The notes beneath the pieces are model-generated. The model saw only the letters and a program-made list of their open reading frames with translations, did no database searches and was not told the DNA's origin. The position numbers were made by a program, and so were the translations under genes. Below, in pieces: positions 14,857-28,845 of a stretch of 64,000 bases of DNA (position 1 is its first letter; every line of letters starts with the position of its first letter). The DNA comes from the human T2T-CHM13v2.0 reference genome, Homo sapiens. The stretch lies in NCBI RefSeq assembly GCF_009914755.1, contig NC_060944.1, one strand, 5' to 3'.

Positions 14857-15616
14857 AGACAGAATCCTTTTATACATAACGTAATTACTGATAGGGTAAC
14901 ATTTGCAACTGACATTTTGCTATTTGTTTGTATATGTCTTATGTCTAGTTTTCCTTCCTTCATTAATTATTGGCTTCTTTTTGTGTTAAATGGACATTTT
15001 CTAGTGTGCCATTTTAATTACTTTGCTATTTCCTTAACTGTATAACTTTGTGGATTTTATTTTTAATAATTGCCCTGAGATTACTATTAACCACTTAATT
15101 TATGACAATTTACCTGGATTAATTTTATAAGCGAATTTAATTTAGAGCATTAAAAAACTTTTCTCCTGTTTAGCTGTTTTCCTCTGCTTTATGTTGTTAT
15201 TGTTACAAATTCTATGTTTATACAATATAAAGAAGATTTATAATTTCATATAACTTCATCAATCTATAATTACTGCTTTATTTTACAATCATATCAGAGA
15301 AAAATGGGAGTTACACACAGGAGATGCATTTATACTGTCATTTATATTTACCTACATATTTACCTTTACCAGTGTTTTTTATTTCTTTGTGTAGATTTTA
15401 ATTTCTGTCTAGTGTCCTTTCATTTCAGCCTGAAGAACTCCCTTAAGTATTTATTATAGGGTGGGACTGTCAATAACAAGCTCACTCTGTTTTCATGTGA
15501 GAATATCTTAATTTTCCCTGCCTTTTTGATGGATTTTTTAATACATAAAGTTATTTTATTATTATTATTATTATTAATGCATTTGTTTGTTATGTAATTG
15601 TCCACTTGTTCTAAAA

Positions 15617-18600
15617 TAATTTCAACTTTTATTTTAGATACAGTGGGTACATGTGCAGGTTTGTTACATGGGGATATTAAATGATGCTAAGGTTTGGATT
15701 GTGGATTCTGTCATCCTGCTATTGAGCATAGTACCTGATATGTAGCTTTAATCTACCCCCCTCTACCCTCTAGTATTTACAATGTCTATTGTTCTGGTAG
15801 TTATGTCCATGAGCGCTCAATGCTTAGCTCCCACTTATAAGTGAGACATGTAGTATTTGGTTTTGTGTTTCTGCATTAATTTGGTTAGGATTATGACTTC
15901 TGGCTCCATTTATATTGCTGCAAAGGATCTGATTTTATTCGTTTTTATGGTTGCATAGTATTGCATGGTGTATATGTTCACATATACAAACTACACATTT
16001 CCTTTATACAATCTACCATTGATGGGCAACTGGGTTGATTCCATGTCTTTGCTATTGTGAATAGTGCACTGATGAACATACAAGTGCATGTTTCTTTTTG
16101 GTAGAATGATTTATTTTCTTTTAGGTATATACCCAGAAATGGTATTACTGGGTCAAATGGTAGCTCTGTTTTAAGTTCATTGGGAAATCTCCAGACTGCT
16201 TTCCACAGTGACTGGATTAATTTACATTTCCACCAACAGTGTATAAGCATTACTTTTTCTCTGCAGTCTCGCCAGCATCTGTTGTTCTTTTAACTTTTTA
16301 ATAATAGTCATTCTGACTGATTTGCATTTCTCTGACGATCGATTTATGAGCATTTTTTCATATGTTTGTTGGTCACTTGTATGTTTTCTTTTGAGAATTG
16401 TCTGTTCATGTCCTTTGCTTATTTTTTAATGGAGCTATTTGCTTTTTGCTTGTTGATTTATGTTCCCTATAGATTCTGGATATTAGGCCTTTGTTGGATG
16501 TATAGGTTGCAAATATCTACCCTATTCTGTAGGTTGTATGTTCACTCTGTTGATAGTTTCTTTTGCTTTGCAGAAATTCTTTAGAATAATTAGGTTTCAC
16601 TTGTCTATTTTTGTTTTTGTTGCAATTACTTTTGCGGCTTTAGCCAAAAATTGTTTGCCATGGCCAGTACTAAGAAAATAATATTTCCTAGGTTGTCTAC
16701 CAGGATTTTTAGAGTTCAAGGTCTTACATTTAAATCTTTAACCTATTTTGAGTTAATTTTTGTATATAGTGAAAATATGGCATATGTTTTTTGTAATTTT
16801 TGTAGGTGTACTGCTTTAATCTTCTGAATATGGCTGGCCCATTATCCTAGCACCATTTGTTGAATAGGAAGTCCATTCCCCATTGCTTGTTTTTGTCAGC
16901 CTTGTTGAGGGACAGATGGTTCTAGGCGTGTGGCTTTATTTCTGGGTTTTCTATTTTGTTTTATTGGTCCACGTGTCTTTTTTTTTTTCCAATACTGAAC
17001 TGTTTTGATTACTGTGTCTTTATAGTATAGTTTGAAGTTGCATAGTAAGATGTCTCTGGATTTGTCCTTTTGGCTTAAGATTTCTTTGGCTATTCAGGCT
17101 CTTTTTTGGTTCCATATAAATTGTAGAATATGCTATTTTTCTAATTCTAATTTTCCTAATTCTGTGAAGAATGACATTGGTAGCTTGATAAGAATGGCAT
17201 TGAATCTGTAAATTGTTTTGGGCAGTATGGCCATTTTTTGCAATATTAATTCTTCTAATCCATGAGCATGGAATATTTTATTTATTTATTTGTGTCATCT
17301 CTAATTTATTTCAGCAGCATTTTGTAATTCTCCTTGTAGATTTTGTAATTCTCCTTATAGAATCTTTCATCTCCTTCGTTAGCTGTATTCTTGCATACTT
17401 TATTTTCTTTGTGGTTATTGCAGGTGGCCTTGTCTTCTTGATTTCACTCTCAGCCTGGATGATGGTGCATAGAAATGCTACGGATTTTTGTACGTTTATA
17501 TTGTATCCTGAAACTTTATTAAAGTTGCTTATCAATTCTAGGAGTCTTTTGGCAGAATATTTAGGATTTTACAGGTAGAGAGTCATATCAGCAACAAAGA
17601 TAGTTTGACTTTTTTCCTATTTGGATAGTTTTTTTCCCTCTTGCCTGATTGCTCTGGCTAGGACTTCCAGTACTATGTTGAATAGGAGTGGTTAGAGTGG
17701 GCATCTTTGTCTCAGTTATAAATGGGGAATGGTTTGAGCTTTTGCCTATTCAGTGTGATGTTGGCTGTGGATTTATCATAGATGGCTTTTATTATTTTGA
17801 GATATGTTCTTTCAACGCCTAGTCTGTTGAGGGATTTTATCATGAAGAAACATTGGATTTTATCAAAAGCTTTTTCTATGTCTACTGACGTGATTATATG
17901 GTTTTAGCTTTTGATTCTATTTAGTGCTAAACTCTTTCATCAAGAAGCTAGAAAGGTCTCCAATTAACAATCTAATTTTACACCTAAAGGAACTAGAAGA
18001 AAAACAACAAGCCAAACCAAAGCTAGCAGAAGAAAAGAACTAACTAAAATTAGAGAACAACTTAATGAAATTGAGATGCAAAAATCTATACAGAAAAATC
18101 AATGAAACCAAGAATAGGCTCTTTGAAAAAATAAGATTGATAGAACCCCTAGCTAGATTAACAAAGAAAATACAAGAGAAGATCCAAATAAGCACAATCT
18201 GAAAGAACAAAGGTGATATTAAAACTGATCCCACAGAAATATAAACAATTCTCAAGAACTACTATGAGCAACTCTGTGGACACAAAATAAAAAATTTAGA
18301 GGAAATAGATACATTCCTGGAAGTATACAATCCTAAGATTGAATCAGGAAGAGACTGAAACCCTGAATAGACCAATATAAACTTCTGAAATGGAATCAGC
18401 AATAAAGAATCTGCCATCCCAAAACAGCCCTGGACCAGAAGGATTCACAGCCAAATTCTACCAGACATAAAATGAAGAACTGACACTGACTCTACTGAAA
18501 TTATTCTGAAAAATCAAGGAATATGGGGTCTTCCCTGACTCATTCTGTAAATCCAGCATCAGTCTGATAACAAAATATGGCAGAGACACAGCAAAAAAAG

Positions 18601-18778
18601 AAAACTCTAGACCAATATCCCTCATTAACATAAACACAAAAATCCTTTAAGAAAAAAGCTACCAAATTGAATCCAGCAGTACATCAAAAAGCTAATACAT
18701 CTCAATCAATCAGACTTCATTGCTGGGATACAAGGCTGGTTAAACATATGCAAATTAATAAATGTGATTCACCATATA
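15617..18778 (-). mobile_element. L1PB/old L1PA, 5'-truncated with a 5' inversion (17924-18778 is sense on +)
   Basis: Antisense 3' UTR and ORF2 run 15617-17923, followed by a sense ORF2 segment. Degraded TSD atacataaagttatt (15541-15555) / atatatggaattatt (18774-18788). ORF 15978-16250 resembles the ORF2 C-terminus. Confidence 0.9.
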
Positions 18779-18872
18779 TGGAATTATTGATTAACAATTT
18801 TTTTCACTTTTTGAAGATATCATCTGAGTGACTTCTGGCCTCCAGGGTTTCTAATGAGAAATCACCTGTTAA

Positions 18873-19196
<324 letters not shown>

Positions 19197-19411
19197 TGAT
19201 TTTATTGAGGATCCTTTGTACATGAAGAATTGTTTCCCTGTTTCTTTTTAGCTTCTTTCAAGATTCTTGTTGTCTTTGGCTTTTGGGATAGTTGCTTATG
19301 ATGTGTATAGGTGTGGATTTCTGAGTTTATTCTATTTGTAGTTCATTGAGTTTTGTGTATGTTTTGGTTAATGTCTTTCATTAAAATTAGGAAGTGTATG
19401 GCCATTATTCC

Positions 19412-20333
19412 CTTTAGCCTGTTGATGTAATGGATTACATTTACTGATGTTTGAATGTTGAATAGTCTTGCATACCTGGGATAAATCCCACTGGGTCAGG
19501 ATGTATAGATCTTTTCATACATCGTTGGATTGAATTTACTAATATTTTGTTGATGATTTTTGCATTTATGTTCAGCAGAGACATTTATCTGCAGTTTTAT
19601 TTTTTATTTTTTGTGATATATTTATCCAATTTTGGTATTTGGGTAATAATGGCCTCATAGAATGAGTTAGGAAGTATTTCCTCTTCTTTTATATTCTTGA
19701 GGAGATTATAAAGAATTTAAATGATTTCTTTATTAAATGTTGGGTAGAATTTGCTGATGAACCCAAGTGGTCCTGATGCATTCTATTTTGGAAGGTTATT
19801 CATTATCAATTCAATTTTTAAAATAGATACAGACCTATTCAAATTGTCTGTTTTTTCTTGAGTGACTTCTGGCAGATTGTTTCTTTCAAGAAATTGATCC
19901 ATGTCATCTATGTTACTCTATTTGTGGAAATAGAGTTGTTCGTAACATTTCTTTATTATCTTTATAATGTCCATGGGACCTGTAGTGATGGCCCTTCTTT
20001 CATTTATGATATTAGTAATTTGTATATATTTTTTCTTAGCCATCTAGAGTGTTATTAATTTTATTGATTTTTTTCAAAGAACTAGCTTTTGATTTTGTTG
20101 ATGTTTCTTCATTGACTTCCTGTTTTCAATTTCACCAATGTCTGCTCTCTTATAATTTCTTTTCTTCCGCTTACTTTGAAATTAAATTTATTCTTCTTTT
20201 TCTAATTTCTTAAAATGGAAGTTTAGACTATTCACTTTCGATCATTATTCTTTTCTAATATAGGCATTCAATGTTATAAATTTCCCTTTGATCACTGCTT
20301 ACACTGCATTCCTTAAATTTTGATAAGTTGTTT
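19412..20333 (-). mobile_element. Internal L1M (L1MC-like) ORF2 fragment nested in the host
   Basis: Antisense ORF2-like sequence that overlaps, in L1 coordinates, host sequence already present at 13160-13470. No 3' UTR or tail. Confidence 0.7.
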
Positions 20334-20601
20334 CCAGACTGGAAACTGGAGCCCCTTATTTCTTCTTTTTTTTTTTTTTTTGCCCCCGCCTTTTTTTCTG
20401 TCTCTGGGACTCCCAATATGGTTATGTCAATATGCTCAACAGTTTTCACAAGTCTGTGAAGCTCTATTCATTTTTCTTCATTTTTTTCCCTTTAGTAATG
20501 GACTGAATAATTTCTATTAACCTATGTTTAATTATATTTGTTTTTTCTTTTGCCTGCTCAACTCTTCTATTGAGCTTTTCTAGTAAATTTTTTTGGCCAC
20601 C

Positions 20602-21386
20602 TTTTTTTTTTTTTAAATTTAAGTTCTAGGGTACATGTGCACAATGTGCAGGTTTGTTACATATGTATACATGTGTCATGTTGGTGTGCTGCACCCATTA
20701 ACTCATCATTTACATTAGGTATATCTCCTAATGCTATACCTCCCCCCTCCCCCCACCCCATGACAGGCCTCAGTGTGTGACGTTCCCCTTCATGTGTCCA
20801 AGTGTTCTCATTGTTCAATTCCCACCTATGAGTGAGAACAGGTGGTGTTTGGTTTTTTGTCCTTGAGATAGTTTGCTGAGAATGATGGTTTCCAGCTTCA
20901 TCCACGTCCCTACAAAGGACATGAACTCATCATTTTTTATGGCTGTGTAGTATTCCATGGTGTATATGTGTCACATTTTCTTAATCCAGTCTATTATTGA
21001 TGGACATTTGGGTTGGTTCCAAGTATTTGCTATTGTGAATAGTGCCGCAATAAACATACGTGTGCATGTGTCTTTATAGCAGCATGATTTTTAATCCTTT
21101 GGGTATATACCCAGTAATGGGATGTCTGGGTCAAATGGTATTTCTCATTCTAGATCCTTGAGGAATTGCCACACTGTCTTCCACAATGGTTGAACTAGTT
21201 TACAGTCCCACCAACAGTGTAAAAGTGTTCCTATTTCTCCACATCCTCTCCAGCACCTGCTGTTTCCTGACTTTTTAATGATTGCCATTCTAACTGGTGT
21301 GAGATGGTATCGCACTGTGGTTTTGATTTGCATTTCTCTGATGGCCAGTGATGATGAGCATTTTTTCATGTGTCTTTTGGCTGCAT
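20602..21386 (-). mobile_element. L1PA4/5-like 5'-truncated element
   Basis: Near-consensus L1PA 3' UTR. ORF 21145-21369 is the ORF2 C-terminal region ([21 protein letters not shown]). TSD tctagtaaatttttt at 20579-20593 and 21389-21403. Confidence 0.95.
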
Positions 21387-21585
21387 TCTCTAGTAAATTT
21401 TTTATTTTGGTTAATACAGTTTTTGACTCCGGAATTTCTATTTGGCTCCTTTTATAATATTTATCTCTTTATAAAATTCTCTATTTGGTGAGTTATCATT
21501 TTCACACTTTTCTTTAGCTCTTTAGACATACTTTCCTGTAGCATTTTGAACATATTTAGAATAGCTGGTTTAAAAAATCTGTCTA

Positions 21586-21891
21586 GGCCGGGCACGGTGG
21601 TTCATGCCTGTAATCCTAGCACTTTGGGAGGCCGAGGCGGGTGGATCATGAGGTCAGGAGATCGAAACCATCCTGGCTAACACAGTGAAACCCTGTCTCT
21701 ACTAAAAATACAAAAATACAAAAAACTAGCTGGGCGTGGTGGCGGGCGCCTGTAGTCCCAGCTACTCAGGAGGCTGAGACAGGAGAATGACGGTGAACCC
21801 AGGAGGCGGAGCTTCCAGTGAGCCGAGATTGCACCACTGCACTCCAGCCTGGGCGACAGAGTGAGACTCCGTCTAAAAAAAAAAAAAAAAA
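21586..21891 (+). mobile_element. AluY
   Basis: Diagnostics gagatcgaaaccatcctggctaacac and ggcggagctt. TSD aaaaaatctgtcta at 21572-21585 and 21886-21899. Confidence 0.93.
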
Positions 21892-22260
21892 TCTGTCTAA
21901 TAAGTCCAACTTCTAGGCTTCCCTAGGGAGTTTCCATTGATTGCTCATTTTTTCTAAGTGAGGGCTATAATTTCTTCTTTCTTTGCTTACCCTATTTGTT
22001 GTTGTTCTTGTTGGACAAGGACACTGTAAATAGCATGCAGTAACTTGGGAAGTCAGATTCTACCCCCTCACCAGGGTTTTTTCTTGTTGCTGCTTGTTGT
22101 AGTTATTTGTTTCATGATTTTTCTGAACAAATTCTGTAAAGTCTGTATTCTTTCAGTGTGTCCACTGAAGTGTCACTCGGTTAGCTTTGTGGATAGCTCA
22201 TATTTGAACAGAGATTTCCTCAAATGTCTGGAACCAATAAATCTACTCTTTGCCTACGGG

Positions 22261-22263
<3 letters not shown>

Positions 22264-22308
<45 letters not shown>
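22264..22308. repeat. (TG)22 microsatellite
   Basis: Perfect dinucleotide run, directly visible. Confidence 0.97.
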
Positions 22309-22309
<1 letters not shown>

Positions 22310-24619
22310 GGAACATGGCTTCAACTCTCACCCAGGTAACTGACAACTCTGCCTTAACTTTCACTTTCTGCTTGTGCAAAGCCTCAAGGTCAGCCAGGAG
22401 TAAAAGCTAAGGGCCATCTCAAGTCTTTCCTGAGTATGCATATAACCGTATGCATGTATGTGGCCTTCTAGCTTCCCAGGAATATGTTAGAGGTTTTGAA
22501 AGTCTCTTTGGATATCTTATTTTTCAGCTGTTCTTTTTATGCTTTTTGGATAGAATATTGTTTGCCCAAATTGTTATCTATCCTTTCAGGCAGCCATGAC
22601 ATTCAAACCCTTGCTTTTTATTGTTTTTGACAAATGTTACCAAGGAGAGGCTTTCTGCACTGGGTGAGCTCCAATTTAGGTCAAATACAACCAAGTCTTC
22701 CAGGGACCCACCGATGAGGTAAAAAAAAAAAAATGACAATTTGGGGGGAATTAAGCTTTGAAAAATCTCCAGTTCTATTCTGTTCCCTCCAGACTGGAAA
22801 TGCGGTCTTTTATTTTCAAGGCTACTGTTAAGTTGGAAAGTGAGGGATAGGACTAGGGCAAATTAAAATGCCACAAAGCTTTGTATTCTTCCTGAGATTT
22901 CACTATATTCCCTGAACAAACATTCTCCATGTTCCTGAAATCCATTAAAATCCATCTAAAAAAGTTGATTCTGATCATTTTTGTGAGTTTTTCATTGCCT
23001 TTAAAAGGGAATGCTTTTTCGTAGGATTTTACTTTACCATGTTTGCTTACATCTAAAATGTGTGTGTGTGCATGTTCTTATATGCTAGTGCCCAAATAGA
23101 TGTAATGAGCGCTATATCCCTTTTAAAAGTGATATAGAGGTTAAGATTTGCTTTTAATTTGAGTAAAATATGTAGTAGGTGATGTATAAGAAGACCCACT
23201 TTACTAACTGGTCAGATGTAGGATTGGAAAATCTGTAAGGACAATAATTTCATGTTATTTTAAGGGTTCCTGGACAAATCCTATTGTAGGACTTGGGCCA
23301 CCTCAAAGAATTAATGTTTTCTAATAATTACTTTTTTCTTTGGTCACTAGACTCTCCTCTAAATTAATTAAAACATGAAGGCCTTAAAAAAAACACCTGA
23401 CAATTTCAACTGTATTATGATGCAACGGTTTTAATTTAGGCACAAATGAAAAGTTGAAAACTAAGAGTGTGATTTTTATTTCATTGTTTTATTTTAGAAG
23501 GTCAAAGGATTGTTTCTGCCTTGGAAGAACAGTATTTGAATGCTTAACCTCTCTCAATAAGTCTCAGAATACACTGGGTTGGGCCAGTAAAGAAAGATGG
23601 TCCAACAATCATTTATTTAAGCAGGACAAGGACCTGATCTTACTGTCACTACAACTGCTGAGACCCTTTGGCTGAAATTCTTTTGTACATCTAAATACCG
23701 AAGAAGAACTCAGTATTATTCAGGGCTCATTCTCTGCATCTTCTTACCTCCTTCTCTGTGCCTTCTTTTCTCTTTCTCCATTCCATACTTGGTTCATTGT
23801 AGTGAGAAACTGTAGCTTTTCATTTCAGTCTTTGGTTAGGGGCCCTTCTTTTTTCCATACTGAATCCAGAGGACATGGGATGTGGCATGGAATCTTGTTT
23901 TTAATCATAGCTGTAAGTATACATTTTTTTTTGTGCACCATCAATTTGGAGAGGGAAAAAGACTCCACTCTTGGCTTCATCTATGTAACTAGAAGTTTAT
24001 TCCTAAATCAAACAGTCTTAGCAAGGATGACTTATTTCATAATATTCAGCAAACATTATGTAAAATCATGCAGCATATTGGAGGCCTCACTCTAGAAAGA
24101 AGTGGAGCTAAGCATAAAGTATGTGTGCTAATAGCTTTGTGACTGACTTGGCCCACATTTATGAAACGATGGTTCTTCATATCTGGTCTATCAATTGACT
24201 GGGTTTACACTCTGATTAACCGAGACGTCGATAAATTATATTCATCTTGACTCCAGATGGCAAATGTGCTTATGAATTTGGGTACTTGACTACATTGCTC
24301 TTCTAGTAAAGTTGCATACAGTTGGTAAAGGGATAATGCTGGGTTGCATATGTGAGAGAAATACAAAATATCTGGAATATGAAGAATTTATTTGGAGTGT
24401 AGGTTCTTTGCATGTCATTGCTCATGGCCCAGTCAGAAGACACTATGGCCATGATATATTTGGTCTGGCAATTGTTCTCACCTAAAATAACTACATCAGA
24501 CCAATGTATAGTTTATATGCATTATTGTTTCATTCTTGGTTGCTTACATTGCAAAAAGTTCTGAAGTAGGCCAGATCATATCTGTATAGAAGACCTAATT
24601 TGATTGGGCAGAGCACATC

Positions 24620-24745
24620 TCATTAATTCACTTGTTTATTTAACAAATATTTATTAAAAGCTTACTATGGGCCAACAACTCTGCCTGATGCTGAAAGATA
24701 ACACCAAGGATAATGCATAGTGACTAAACAAAGCTTTGCCTGGTG
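24620..24745 (-). mobile_element. L2 3' end
   Basis: tttatttaacaaatatttattaaaagcttactatgggccaa. Confidence 0.6.
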
Positions 24746-24850
24746 TTTGGATCAGAAGCTGACAGAGGAACCATCGATACAAATTTGGAACAAGCAGCTG
24801 CTGGAGACAAATGAGCCTTACTACTTTCTTTTTCACCAGAACTGCTACAT

Positions 24851-25070
24851 AGAGCAGCTCTGTCTAATATGGGAGCCACTAGCCACAGGGAGCTCTTTAA
24901 ATTTAAATTTTAAAATTAATTAGCGTTAAGTAAAATGTAAATATTTGCAGTCATGCTAGCCTCATTTCAGGTGCTCAATCAGCACATATGTCTAGTGACT
25001 ACTGTGTTGTGTAGCACACGTATAGGATATCTCTACTATCACAGAAAGTTCTATTCTATTTAGCAGCCCT
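24851..25070. mobile_element. MER3-like hAT-Charlie element
   Basis: ctgtctaatatgggagccactagccac...catttcaggtgctcaat...cacagaaagttctatt. Confidence 0.75.
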
Positions 25071-25399
25071 GACACAGAAGTTGGAAGGAAAAAAAAAAGC
25101 CTGGTAACTTCATTTACAACTTTATGATTAATATCAGGCAGAATTTATGAGTTAACACTATTTCCTACAATAGATACATTTATGAGGACAAGAAATTCTC
25201 TAAAATGTGTTTTACCAGCTTTGAAGTTAACACAAAAAGACAGACTGTAGTTAATTTAAAAAGTTGTTACCTCGAGTGTCCTCATTTTCCTTATAGTGAA
25301 TATTAGAAAAGATAGAAAGCTAATGTAAAAACTAATAATGGTTGCACTCATTTCTAACTCTTCACGAAATTCATTCTCCTCTTTCTTCTTTCAATACAT

Positions 25400-25793
25400 T
25401 GCAATAATACAATGTACTTAGCTGACCAACTACCCTCCCTTACGGCTGGGTATGGTGACTTGGTTCTCACCAATGTGAATTGAAGTAACATCAGTTCTGG
25501 ACAGAACCTTTAACTGGCTGACGTGCTGCCTTCATATCTTTTTTTCAGAAAAACTTTGCTGCAAGTCAGCTTTTGTCTCATGACTTCCATCATGCAGCAA
25601 AGAAGACCACCCTGTGTATACCATGGTGGAAAAACATGAGAAGTTTGAGTCTCCAAGACTGTGTGGGGTCAAGAGGCCCTCTAACCTGAAACTGCAACTG
25701 ATATATACAAGAGAAACACATTTGCACCTTGTTTGGTCCATTGCATTTGATGGTTTGTTTGTAAATGCAGCTAATATTACCCTTATTTACATA
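25400..25793 (+). mobile_element. Old MLT1 (I/J-like) LTR
   Basis: ggtgacttggttctcaccaatg...gagaaacacatttgcaccttgtttggtccattgcatttgatggtttgtttgtaaatgcagc. Confidence 0.6.
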
Positions 25794-26035
25794 AGAGCAG
25801 ATAGAAACTTAATTTTGCTTGAGAATAACTTTTCAATCTTAAATGTTAGAGACAAGGTTTTTTGTTTTGCTCCCTCAATTATAAATATTCTGCATCTTTT
25901 GTAATTTATTCAAAAAATAAATTTATTATTTCAAAAAAAATTTTTTAGCACTTCTTGAATAAACAGTACTTTTATTCTTAATGAGATTGCTTTCTATATC
26001 TGTAAAGCCCTTATCTTTGGTTTTATAAGAAGCAA

Positions 26036-26434
26036 TGTCTGAGTTGTGGATTCTCTTGCATTTCTTGAGTGGGTACTCTCAAGAACCTGTGAAGTGGTGA
26101 GGGAAGCTGGATATGGAAGAGAAAAGAGCCAAGAAAAGATGTGATTCGGCTGAAAACAAACCTCAGTCTGATTGCACAGGATGCTCTAGGTAGAAATCTC
26201 ACTGCAGAGTGGTTCGTCCCTGAGGCAGCAGCAGTTTTTTGAGCCTTAATGTATATCAGTCATTGGCTAGTGGGAACTCCAAGACATTTGTCAGAGGATG
26301 GGCTCTTACTGGATGAAGGCAATCCTCTGTGGAAGAGGGCCGCTGAGAGCTGAGAGCAGACAACAGGACCGCACTGGGGAATAAGTACATCAGCCCAGTG
26401 AGAGCCTCTGGGCATTGCACCAGCATTCATTACA
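26036..26434 (-). mobile_element. ERVL-class solo LTR (LTR33/LTR41-like)
   Basis: TG...CA termini. cctcagtctgattgcacaggatgctct and gcaccagcattcattaca motifs are shared with similar LTRs elsewhere in the window. Confidence 0.6.
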
Positions 26435-26719
26435 GCTCCTTTTCCTTAAATATGTGAATTCATGACCTGTGGTTTCCCATTAGACAAGGCTGATGGGAAT
26501 ATTCTCTTCCCCAAGGGGAATGTATAGTTTTCATGACTTCAAATATGGTCTCTAATTTTGCAGAACAAATTCTTTCATGGGAAGACACACCGTCAGAAAG
26601 TTAAGTTTTGACACAAGTACAAAACCTCGGACAGTGTCTTTGAATAATAAAGAGAAGAAAGAACAACTCTTCCTGGGGATGCCTGTCCTAGTGTAAGCAG
26701 GTTACACGAGAAGACAATT

Positions 26720-27275
26720 GTGTTTGATGGTACAAGAACCTGAATTCTGGAACCAGATAGTCTCTGCTTGAATTGAGATTCTGTCACCAACATGCTATGT
26801 GACCGTGAGCAAATAATTTGACTTCCTGTGCCTCAGTTTCTTCCTCTAAAATGTAGATAATGATGAATAATAATAGCTATTGGTTGTTGAGTATAATAAA
26901 TAATTCAGTGTATACAAAGGTGTTTGCACAGTGCTTGGAAACACAGGTAAAGCCATGTAAGGATGGCTCTTGTAATAGGAAAGCTAGGCCTTGAAATGAG
27001 AGGTGACAGGTGCCAGGCACAGGATAGGAGAGGACAATGGTTAAAGAAGTCCGTGTTCTCTGGAGGCAGATATTCTAGAATTAAATCTCTGCTCTTGACC
27101 TTGAGCAAATTACTTAAATTCTTTTTGCTTGTTTCCTCACCTTTAAGCTTGGAATAATGATAGCACTTTTCATATAGAAACATAGTGAAAATTAAGTAAA
27201 ATAATCATTGTCAAATTCTTACAATAGTACCTCATACATAATACACTTTCAATAAATACTCTTGTTCTTGTTATG
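26720..27275 (+). mobile_element. Two tandem MIR SINEs (~26720-26955 and ~27030-27275)
   Basis: Two MIR cores (tgtgaccgtgagcaaataatttgacttcctgtgcctcagtttc; tgaccttgagcaaattacttaa). Confidence 0.8.
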
Positions 27276-27522
27276 TAATTATTATTCCATGAGGGAAGGC
27301 AGGGAACTTTTTCAGCGAAAGGAGAAAACTTCATTGGGACAGGTTCATTGCTTGTACACAGCAGTTTTATAAGATGAGTATGAGATTGTAAGATAAGTAG
27401 AAGCCGAGCTGGCAAATCCCTACTGTGCAAAGCTAAGGTGCTTTGACTTGGTTCTCTGTAGGCACTCTGAATTCATTGAACATCAAATACATTTTCCCAA
27501 GTCTCTTTCAGAGGAAAGAAGT

Positions 27523-28014
27523 GGTACTTGTTATCTAATACTGCATAACAAATTATCAACTTAGTGTCTAAAGACAACACCTATTAATTTAGCTCATGAT
27601 GTGTAGGCTGAAAATTTGGGCTGCAATCAGCTGAGAGACTCTTCAGGTCTCAGATTGTCTCCTTCTTGACTCTGTGTTAATTTTATGCTTAGATGGGTAG
27701 CTCTGCCTGAAGGTTTTGGGTGGGTACTGGTTTGGAGCAGCTTGGTTCTCCTCATGTGGTCTCTCATCCTCTGGCAGGCAAACCCAAGCTTGTTCTTTTT
27801 GCAGAGGCAGTGTCCCAATAAAGAGCACACAATGGCTCTCAAGGCCTAGGCTCAGAACTGCACAGCATCACTTGGAGGCATTTTATTGGTTAAAGCAAAT
27901 CACAAGCTCTAGCCCAGAGTCAGAGTGGGTGGGAATTTTAATACAAAATTACAGGGGAAAGAACATGGATACAGAACAGCCATTAATTCAGACATCAGTG
28001 AAAACAATCTAACA
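27523..28014 (-). mobile_element. MLT1 (F/G/H-like) LTR
   Basis: gttatctaatactgcataacaaattatc...ttttattggttaaagcaaatcacaag...aatctaaca. Confidence 0.7.
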
Positions 28015-28845
28015 AATTCTCCAAGGATCACTTCTTTAATTCATGAGAATGGGCAGAGGAAGCAAGTACAGCATTGCTCCTCCCTTGAAAGTGGTCAACT
28101 TTTGTAAGGTCCTAGTAAGGTCACTGGTAGGGAAGGGAAGTGAGGAAAGACCAACTTGTGGAAGGTCCTGGGCAGGAATGGTTAATCTAAAGTGGTGGGC
28201 CACCTTGGCCTTGCTATTTCTCCAACCTTCTCTTCTGTGCATTTCATAGATTGGCAGTTGGCACCAGCAAGAGATCTGGTTGGGCAGAAACCTTCATCCT
28301 GGAGGATGCAAGGCCTCACAATTTCACACATGATTTAAAAAGAGGCATTCAGTACCAGGATAATTCATTATGAAAAAGAAAGGAAGATTTTAATATATAA
28401 AAGCAGAACTTTTAGAAAAAAAAAATTTAGACTATTCTCTTCCATCTGTATCTCTTTATTCAGAAAGGTAGAGAATGAATAAATTTCATAAAAGACTAAA
28501 GGACTAAAGAATCAGATAATATTGGCTATATGTCATTGGTTGATAAAGAAGAGTACAAAGTAAATATTTGAACTCTACACTGTCATACATGTTTAATATA
28601 ATTTATAAAAGCTAATTTTCATGTAACCACTTAAAGTTTGTATAGGGAATATATATTTTATTGAGGACCATTCACCTGTAAGGCAAGAATCAATTGGTGA
28701 GCATAGGTTAATATAAAGATCAATGGCTATGTTATGCTGATATTGAATTGGGAAGCCAAAACTTAGGTTTTGAATCCAAGCCTTGCCTGGGTCCCTTCAG
28801 TTACACACCTAAGCTCTTTGAACAATAATTTATTGAACTGGGCTA

